DNA of 59,806 nucleotides, filler included, from Dirinaria sp. TL-2023a (lineage: Eukaryota), in NCBI GenBank assembly GCA_051941275.1. It is 2 parts of 2 records of this genome, joined end to end, with 100 filler letters (N's around TTAATTAATTAA, not from the genome) between each part and the next. Parts side by side here need not be neighbours in the genome. Positions count along the whole stretch, not along the records: positions 29,956 to 59,806 come from JAVEBF010000110.1; 1 more part is not named here. The stretch is one strand, 5' to 3'. The notes beneath the pieces are model-generated. The model saw only the letters and a program-made list of their open reading frames with translations. It searched no databases and was not told where the DNA came from. The position numbers were made by a program, and so were the translations under genes. This document shows, in pieces, positions 50,972 through 59,806 of this stretch. How positions within the stretch are numbered: position 1 is the stretch's first letter; every line of letters starts with the position of its first letter.

Positions 50972-52796
50972 ATGGGGATCGAGCCCCCTTTTATGTACGA
51001 CCACCCGTCGAAGTACACTTTCGCGAGTCCGAACGATAAGAGCTTCAACCCCAGGGCGGCAACTCAAGCCAGCTGGGCTCCACCAGTACAGAGACCTAAG
51101 CATGAAGGGCCACTGATCGAGTCGAAGCAGTTTAATAGGCATCCTGATTCCTATTTTGTTGTGTACGCTGCTTACCTATTTGCTGAAGAACTAAGCACAA
51201 CATGCGCTGACACTATTCATCTAGTCCTTATGGAAACCTCAACTGGAAGCCCATGAGCCCTCGCACCAAGGTATATGTCAAGAACGTGCGATTGGTCCAG
51301 CTTGCTCTACGGATATGTGCGCTTCTTGGAGCGATGGGAATGCTGTTCTGTGTTATATGCATCAAAAAGACCGAAAGCACGGTTGGATGGGTATTGAGAG
51401 TAGCTGTAAGTCTTAGCTGCTTCGAGACCAGGTATACCGCTGACTCGCTCAATAGCCTGCTATTGCAACCGTACATACTGTTTATGCCGTCTACCATTTT
51501 GCACGTTCATCCAAAGCACGTACTCCGGCATCATCAGCCAGCTACATGATCTTCGCTGCTATTGTCGACACTGGACTAGTACCTTTCTACGTGTTTATCG
51601 CTTTAATGGCAAGAACTGAATATACCGAAGGAAGTGATATCGCAGGTCGCTGGCAGACACTGTTCGGTACAGAGGTTGCCACGTACAAAATCTTCTACGC
51701 TACATTCCTGCTCAGCGTGGTGGATGGAAGCTTGCATTTATGCTCTCTAATAATATCTATCTATCTCGCCACAATTTTCCGGAAGATTTCCAAATTACCG
51801 CCAGATATGAATCCGCTCGAGGACAATCTCACGTCGAGAGTGCACAAGCGCAACAAATCATCTATCGTCGACAATCGGACAAGCCAAGTGACAACGAGCA
51901 CAGCGAACAGCAAACGCGAGTCAGGTGTCGAAGATCCTTTGATCTCGCCGACCCGCAATGTCCCTTTTATGCACACGCGTACAGACTCTACGGCCGACCT
52001 TAGCAATACACCGCATCCGCATTTCAGCCCCCGAGGATCCCAAACGAACGTCTCCGCCCCGTTCTATGATCAGCCGTTCTCTCAACGTTCTTCCCGCGCC
52101 AGCGTCACGCAGGCACAGGGTAGACCTCGCACTTTCTATGGCCAGTCAAACTCAGCGCGCACCTCTCGCACTGCCATCGCTTCACCGTACGAGCGCCCAC
52201 AGTCCGTGTATGAGCAATCACCCGCAGAACGCTCGTCCCGTGCCGAGGTGAGTCAAGATGCAATTACTCTCGCCCCTACAATGTCCCCATCTGTGTATAC
52301 AAATTTCTCTCGAGCGCCTTCGACACGACCTACATCCGCTCGGCCGCCATCCACCCGCCCTCGTTCGACTGCACCGACAGAATCCGACTGCAACTGGACC
52401 GTTCACCCTTCGCCGCCTCCTTCGCCGCCTGAAGAGTTCAAACACCTCCGTACGATGGATGACAAAGCGTACGCTCCAGTGCCTCAAAGCGTGCCAGCGT
52501 GGAACATCGAAAACTTCAATCCCCTCGAATTGAATCCGCCGACGCCACCGAATGCGGAGAGAAGGCCAATGACACAGCAGAGGCCGCTGGTGCCAGGGAC
52601 AGGGAACTCGCTAGGCTTCGGCATGGGAAAGCTGAGAGATTATGAGGGCCTGAGAAGGGGATATGGAGGGCACAGAGTTGTGAGCTCGGGCATTGAGGAA
52701 GGGAGAGTGGGTGGTGAAGTGAGGATGAGGGGCGTTAGTGGGAAGGTGATTGAAGAGGGAAGAGGAGGCACGTGGTTTGCGAAGAGTGAACGGTGA
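50972..52796 (+). CDS. Conserved fungal hypothetical protein, ~4 TM helices plus Ser/Pro-rich tail; exons 50972-51162, 51225-51405, 51456-52796
   Basis: In-phase GT-AG introns join FNRHPDSYFVV|PYGN and LRVA|PAIATVH; hydrophobic helices followed by FRKISKLPPDMNPLEDNLTSR. Confidence 0.85.
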
Positions 52797-54246
52797 AGTT
52801 CGGTTAATACAGGCGGTGGAAAGTTACCATGGGCTTCGGAGATGGGTATGTAGGGTAGGCGTTAATGTTATAGATAGCATCGGAAATAAAACATTTCTGT
52901 AAATCTAGAAAGTAGATAGCACGTGTATTGTCCAATCCAAAAGTCTTAATTACTGGCTTTTTGCTTTTCTTTGCAAGGGCAGCGCATGCCATATACCTTT
53001 TTTCCTTGGAGGTAGACAGTTGAGGCTAGCTGGTACAATAAACATTCTAAAGAATTTCGGGAGATGGCTGGTCTTTCACAGGAACTATCTCGATATCAGC
53101 ATGTGGACTTCTATTCGATGGAGTTTTTTTTGTTCCCTTCTTTTGATGATGGCTTGTACGCGGGAGTACCACCTAATGTACATAAAGTACATACATGACA
53201 CAAGACGGAAATGCAGCCCGTTCCATCCCGTCGAAGATCACTAACATACTGTTGTTCCGTAGAGCTCATAAACAATGTGTTAATAAGGACATCCTATATT
53301 AAACAGTGTCCGCTGCATCTTTTTCTGAACTTTGAACCAACCCTAAGCCATTTTCTACGTCGAAAGATTAACAGTAGCCGAAAATACCGAAGCACCGCTA
53401 ACGGTTTACAATCTGACAAAACCCTCCCCTCAAACCCGGAAGCGGTTAGCTTTCTTCCCCTTTTCTTCACCACCTCTACCTTACCTTACCTTAAGGTCCT
53501 CAACCCTAGATTATCTTAAACCGCCCAGATCTCATTGCCTTTTCCCTCCATCTATCAGATTTTCGATGGGCTATGACTGCCACTGTACCATACCACGCCG
53601 AAATCGATTTTCGGTATCCGAGTGAAATCCATGCGGGGGACGAAAGAATACTGGAATTAAACAGAGGCAGGAGATACGAAATCATCTCACAGACTCGACT
53701 GCATCTAAGCTTTATTCAAAAGATTACGCTCCTCTCGGTCCATAGCGCGGAGGGATGCTATTCTACTCGATTCGATCTGAGAGAGGGTTTCCTAAAAAGT
53801 ATGCGATCTCTATCGATCGTGGGTGCTATTATTGGAAAAGAAGAGAAGGGGCGTGTACTTTCCTTAATTGTTGTGGCTAGAGGCAATTTGCATCAACTGG
53901 CCCTTCTTCGCTGAGCGGATGAGGGCTTTTTTTTATAATTTTTTGCTTTTTGATTTGGACGTTGATCAGGTTAGCTTGGTCAACGGATTTAGAAGAGCAT
54001 ATTTTCTTCTAGAATCGTTATTCTCTCGCGTGGAATTAGGTGTAGCAAGCTGGATTAGGTTACTAAACATCAAGGGGAGTCTCATGTTCGATGGCCAGAT
54101 CGCTCTAGAGAGAGCAAAGTATAGTGACGATTTCGTCCTTAAAACCTGCCGTGTATGTATCAAGACATCAATATCTGCCACATAGCTAAAACAGTTATAC
54201 CCAAAAGTTTCGTATGTTCTCATAGACTGCGCGAAGATGCGCTCGG

Positions 54247-57200
54247 CTAGCCGTCGTGGGCAAATCGTTTTCGCAAATCCAGACCCGAGTTAACTTCTTG
54301 GTCATCTTCCTCTGTAGAGTGATTATCGTCCTCTTGGTCATTGTACATGCCCTCGCTCATCGGCTCTTCTTCCTCTTCTATTTCGCCTTCAGAGCCATCA
54401 GTCTGGACTTGATCTTCATCTGCTCTGTGCATGGCCTGCAGCCAACTTCTCCAGTCGATTGCCTGCGGAGAGTCATTTTCTGCCATTCCCATCATGCCCA
54501 CCCCCTCAGTCCAGCCCTCCCACTCTGCCAACCCAAGAACGTGTCGCATAGTCGGCCTTCCATGTGGGCAATTCCACGGCTTATCGATTTCGCCCATCCT
54601 CCTCACCAAACCCTTCATCTGCTTCATACTCAAGCTTTTGCCGATCATGATACTGCTTCTGCAAGCTCTCATGGCGAACATTTTCCTCACTTTACTGGGC
54701 CTGGGACCGTCCGTTGTAGAAGTTGGACTTTCGGCGAGCAATGCGATTAGTTCTTCGAGATCACTGGTGTCGAATGTGACTTCTCTGCTCATAGGCAAGG
54801 AGACGAGTCTACAACGTTGACCTACCATTGAGTCGCCAGATGTGTCGACCTCGACGAGGAAGCCGTTTTTCAACAAAGCAGCTTTGTTTTCAAGAACAAT
54901 TTCTTCTTCGATTGCGGTGAGGTCAAGTTGGCAGGGGTGGACCGATCGCTGATTTTGGACGACCGTCGTCGCTTGGAGGCGCTCGAAATTGAATTTTTCA
55001 TCCGAGGCATGCTGGTCGATGATAAATAATTCGTCTGAGGAGGCGGAGGAACTAGCCGGACGCAGGGCGAGGACGAATCCGAGGTTGAACTGCCCGACGA
55101 CATGCATACGAGCAAAATCTTCTTTAGAGACTATGAGTGAAAGACGTTCCTCAGGAGACGGCTCATCCAGCTGAGCAGGCAGCGGGAGCTGTTGACCCCC
55201 CTCATCCAAACTCTTCAGGCTTGAATCTAAGCTTTGTAATCGCTCATAGATACGAGTAATTGAGGTATCAACGAGCTGAATCAATTGAGTGGTTGAGTCT
55301 CTATGGCTTCCGCCTTTCAATATGTCGTGGGCACGTTTGAAATTGTCCTCAGACGGCGTAGCAGCGGCTTCTTCGGCTTGCTGTATAAGTGCAGCCACTC
55401 TCGCGTCTTCTCGAGCTTTCTTGCCGTGCTCATCTAAATACTCTTCATCTGACTCATCATCTCCTACGGTCTCGGGCAGGTAACTCTTGCTACTAATTTC
55501 GACTTGGGAAGGGTTTGAAGGAATAGAACGCTCTGTCGTCAAACTGATGTTGTCCTGAGCAATTGGACTTGATGGATGATCCGCGGGGCTGTCCTCTTCC
55601 TCGGATATTTGCTCTGCCTCGTCTCCGGTAGCGTCATTAATGTCTTCTTCGAATTGTGTCCCAGGAGCGGCAAAAGTCCGCATACTACTGGTGAATATTT
55701 GGGATGCAGGCTTTCTCGCATTTCGAGAGACCATTGGATTTTCAATTAACCTTTGCTTCCTGGATTCTGTCGGGCCGAGGACGGTCGTTGTGGTTTTGTC
55801 GCCAATTGTAACCTCTGCAGTTTCGATAGGGTTACGCCTTGGACGCATTCGGTCAAAACCAGTCGGTACAACCCCTGGCGAGGGTTTGGCAGGGGCAATT
55901 GAGGCAATAGGGATGCCTTCCTCGGGCTCGCTAATGGGGGAGCGCTGTAATGTAGGCTCGTGTCTCAGCAATTTCTGCTGCTCGGCCAATCGCTCATTGA
56001 AGTCAAGAACATCAACATCCTGTCCCTTCAACGTATTATGCGCGAGGGCGGGATCATGGAAAGCCTCAAATCCATCGCTTTGTCCACTTCGGGCAGTCTT
56101 CGCGTCCTGACCCATCACAAGCAGTGGAGCCTTGCCTGACTGCGCGCCATTGCCATCTTTCATCCGTGTGGGAGGCCTCCTCTCATTGTTACGCTCTTTT
56201 GTATCTCTAGCTGCAAATCCTTCGATAAGACTTGGTCGGTCTTGCCCATCAGTTATAGTTGCATTTGTATTAGCGGCACCAGAGCTCTCCATGGCATCTT
56301 CTTGCATGTCCTCACTGGTTTCTGCGTGGTCGCCCAGGTCCGAAGTTGATTCTGTGGTGGATGTTTCGCGACGAACGCTGAGCCTGTTTATTGATGGCAA
56401 TCTATGTAAAGTTGGTTGAATTTGGGGTACCGTCTGATCTTGTTTCTCAAACAATTCAACCAAGGAATTCTAATTCGGTCAGCAGCCGCGAGTAACCCAA
56501 TATGCTGTCTTACTCTCAAATTTTCAAGAAGGACACCCTGATCGTGCAGCAAGATCGTTCGTTTATCCGGAGAAACATTAACATCGTACGCATCTGGTGG
56601 TGTTAGCAAGATTCACCAAGGCAGCCGAGGGCATACTCGTGTCAAGAATGATGTTTGCGAAAACAAATGGAGACTGAGATACATTAAATGATTTGTAAAC
56701 CTCGTTGAATACTTTAGCAACCTGCGGAAGTCCGCAAGGTCTTGCATTCACGAAAAACGTCTGACGATCTGGAGTTTGCCGTCCCTCACCAAATATTGGG
56801 CGAGAAACGTGACCAACGATACGTACTCGATTCTCCCTTCAAATCGAGTGTTAGCGATTTCTTTCCGGTAGGCTCTCTCTACGAACTTTTCACATACTCT
56901 GCTTCATTTTGAGCCGTCCATCCCTGGATTGGAGGTTTGCGAGACTCCTGCAATTCGAAGCTTAAATCCATTACGGCCAGGCCGGGCAGCACTTTAGCAC
57001 CATAGACGTTGGCTATATTTTCCCGTGTCGATCCATTGGCTTTGGTCGCAAACACGGTAGCTTTCTTTCCCTTGGGCATAATATTGCTAACACACAACTT
57101 GACTTGCGTACTGATACAAGCGTACGCTTGAAGAATGGTAAGCACCTTTCCATACTCTCTTTTTATATTTTTTTCTAACTCCCGTCTTCGCACAGGCAGA

Positions 57201-57836
57201 GCGGCGAAGAGATTTTCCACGGCCACAGTTGTGCCTTTCTGACTGGCAACAATCGAAGTTGCCTTCAACTTTCCGGAATGTTCGAATTCCAGCCGATTGC
57301 CTTTTGGTGCCTCCTCGGCGCGTGCGGTGATGATATGGAAATTAGAGAGAGCACACAGAGAAGACAACGCTTCCCCTCGAAAGCCAAAAGTTTGCAAGGT
57401 CGTAAGATCGTCATAGTTCGAGATTTTGGACGTGTAATGTTTCAAGGCTGGAATGAGCATTAAGCATGACAACTCGAACTGGCTTGATGGTAAGCCCTAC
57501 CGACAGTCTCGTAGTTGTCCTTCGAAATTCCGACACCATTGTCTTGCACCTCAATGGACTCAAGCCCATTAGCTTTAAAGCGGACATCTATAACAGTCAT
57601 CCAACTGCTGGTTCGTCATAGCCAGCTTCATGGATTACCGATAGTGGTGGCCCCAGCATCTAGGCTATTCTCCACCAGCTCCTTCACTACAGAGCAGAGG
57701 TCGACGATGACCTGTCCTGACTGAATCTGGTGAACCTGCAAGTTTTTGCGTTCAGCCCTACTGAAGCTCTACGCGCCTCGTAAGAAGAGGTGTTTGTACC
57801 TACAGTCCGACCTTCGAGAGCTTTGATGGTGGTCAT
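54247..57836 (-). CDS. PMS1: MutL-alpha mismatch-repair endonuclease subunit Pms1; exons 57836-57804, 57735-57639, 57587-57501, 57447-56898, 56836-56637, 56593-56514, 56469-54247
   Basis: GHKL ATPase [44 protein letters not shown]; endonuclease [27 protein letters not shown]. Confidence 0.97.
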
Positions 57837-57869
57837 ATCATATCATGCCATGGCTAATACACAAAGTCA

Positions 57870-57875
57870 ACGCGT
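57870..57875. promoter_or_regulatory. MCB element (ACGCGT) upstream of PMS1
   Basis: Exact MluI box 34 nt upstream of the ATG; MCB control of repair/replication genes is known in fungi. Single hexamer only. Confidence 0.35.
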
Positions 57876-58647
57876 CAAAGTGTTCGACAATAACAGCAGA
57901 TCACAGTGTTCTCCTAGACCATTTTTATCTCAAGCCTTTGAAGTCTAGGTAGTTAAAAACTTCGCGCTTGGAATATTTATTTGTTTGGAGGCGATGTAAA
58001 AACACGGTCTACCTTAGACGAGCCTCGTAAGGTTATTTAGCAGCGCCGATAAAATTATTATTGATCGTGCAGGCATGCACAGATCAAGATGCGATGAGGT
58101 AAAGTCAGGCGGTAATATTAACGTCGATGTATTCGATCGATTGGAATAAAAATAGCAATGATCGTATGCGGGATTGTGGATTGGGAAATTGCAGTCGCCC
58201 GCACGGTGGTTTGGGACTCTGGGAGTAATTTCAGCCCCAGCGGTATCGCGATCCTTGACCCCCTTATCTGAACCCGATCTCTCTCCCTTTCCACCGGATA
58301 ATAATCAACACTACTGATCCAAATCACCACTCACGAATTTGTTCTTGTCGCTTGTCTGTGCTTCTTCTGTACGACTACTCAATTAACGACATCTGCTTCA
58401 TAATAAGGGCCTTCGTGTCCTGTAATTGTAATACTTCCACGTCAACACGCTCATCCTTCTCACCCCAAATCCCCGACTCACACCAGTTGAAACACCTGTG
58501 TTGCTTCACTCTGCCTTCCGAGAACCTAAACTTTGGCAATAATTCGCAAAGAATTTGCCTTGGACCGGAGGCTCCTCGCTCTCTCGCTGCTGTGGTGCTA
58601 CGTTTTCCTCGCAATCGAACAGCTCAAATTCCTTTCTAAACGCAAAC

Positions 58648-59806
58648 ACGGCTTCAACTTTACCACCTTTGACCTACAGGGCATCGCCCATTGACCCTAC
58701 CCTTCGCCCACCCTCTACCTACTCAGTCCGGAGCTCTAGCCTGTACACGCTGGCTCCATCAGCGACGGATGACAGGGCGCCTTCGCCCTTGCCTTATTCA
58801 ACGCCTGATATATCCCAAAGCTCGACCTCTTCGGCGTATCAACCGCAGCAGACCAACGGTGCAAACGGCAGCCTGCCAGCGCTGAACACTCTAGCTTCGG
58901 TAGCTTCGGCTCCAGGCTCGCAATTGAGGTGCGTTGACATTGTGCAAGAGTTTGGAGCGCCGGGGAGAAGACGCGTGGTGGTCGGTACAAACGCTGATTT
59001 GCCGGTGCTGAGGATACAGATCGTTCAACAATGCGAGCCAAAGCATGACATACGCGAGCGCATCTCCGGCTGCGACGACTGGTGGACCAGGCAATATTCC
59101 GGTAAGATCCTGTCTGGTGCAAACAGCCGTGTCCTCGTGTCCTCGTGTCCTTTCCTTAAGTCAGACGGGAGTCTTGGCAGTCCCATTACTGCCATAACAT
59201 AATACCTGCCCCTTATCGCACCACAAATCCCCGAACCCCCGAAACCCTTATCCCTTATCGCGCTCATCCTTCCCCCAAATCTAATCGGCACCCCAAAACC
59301 ATGGCAACGTTTACTGACCCCAGCGGTTTCAACATACAGCCTGTATGCCAAAATTGTCAAACTTCCACAACCCCCTTGTGGAGGCGAGATGAGATTGGCT
59401 CGGTTCTCTGCAATGCGTGCGGCTTGTTCCTCAAGCTCCACGGTTCTCCTCGACCGATAAGCCTCAAAACAGACGTGATCAAGAGTAGGAACCGTGTCAA
59501 GAGCTCTCAGCAAGCGCAAAAGAAAAAGGTTCGCTGCCACGACAATACTACAAAAGCCTTCCCGCTGACCACTCTTCCCTACAGTCATTGTCCGAGGCCA
59601 ACGGTCACACAGTAAACCACGCCGATGGCCCCCACACAACAACTCCTTCACACCAGCACAGCATCCACCGTCGAACTTCCCAAAAAACCTCCCCAGGCAA
59701 CTCGAACAACTCCAACTCTCCCGTCTCCCGAACCGTCACGCCCGCCATAAACCAGCCCTCAAACATCGCCCCCCAGCACATCTTCGACGGAATCTCCCTC
59801 CCGAAC
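58648..59806 (+). CDS. areB: GATA zinc-finger factor AreB/Asd4/Gzf3 (3'-truncated). Short isoform from ATG 59301 (exons 59301-59528, 59585->59806); long isoform exons 58648-58928, 59020-59101, 59340-59528, 59585->59806
   Basis: [53 protein letters not shown] and downstream [10 protein letters not shown]; upstream exons splice in frame to PVCQNC. Confidence 0.92.
59212..59259 (-). promoter_or_regulatory. Cluster of three GATAAG sites upstream of the short-isoform areB ATG
   Basis: CTTATC at 59212, 59247 and 59254, 40-90 nt upstream of ATG 59301. Confidence 0.6.

Noticed and set aside
53000..54240. AT-richer stretch with short ORFs between the 4-TM gene and PMS1
   Set aside because: Possibly a decayed gene or element, but no transposase, RT, terminal repeat or domain motif is recognisable.

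Overview
Eukaryotic DNA from a filamentous ascomycete (Pezizomycotina; short GT-AG introns with CTRAY branch points). The window is split at 29856-29955 by an artificial 100-nt spacer (44 N + TTAATTAATTAA + 44 N), so the two halves may not be contiguous in the genome. Left half: long-chain acyl-CoA synthetase, a membrane protein ending in a Som1/Flo8-type motif, CHIP-like U-box ligase, NOG1, Ych1/Ibp1-type rhodanese phosphatase, LaeA-like methyltransferase, KRR1, a divergent tandem-RRM protein, a GT69 mannosyltransferase and Asn-tRNA synthetase. Right half: SRP68, then a ~16 kb accessory block, then ARH1, a conserved 4-TM protein, PMS1 and the GATA factor areB (truncated by the window edge). 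The accessory block holds a Zn2Cys6 relic, a Kelch-like TM protein, a HeLo-like/SesA-type gene with a two-repeat amyloid-like motif, a Dicer-like-2 relic, a PTH11-like relic, a frameshifted SDR, an ankyrin relic, an FAD-oxidase relic and an intact LovD/beta-lactamase-family hydrolase. The most notable signals are the HET-S-like effector architecture at 37.2-38.4 kb next to the Dicer remnant, and a probable ACG-initiated long isoform of areB. Exon boundaries were read by eye and family calls come from recalled motifs; no searches were run.
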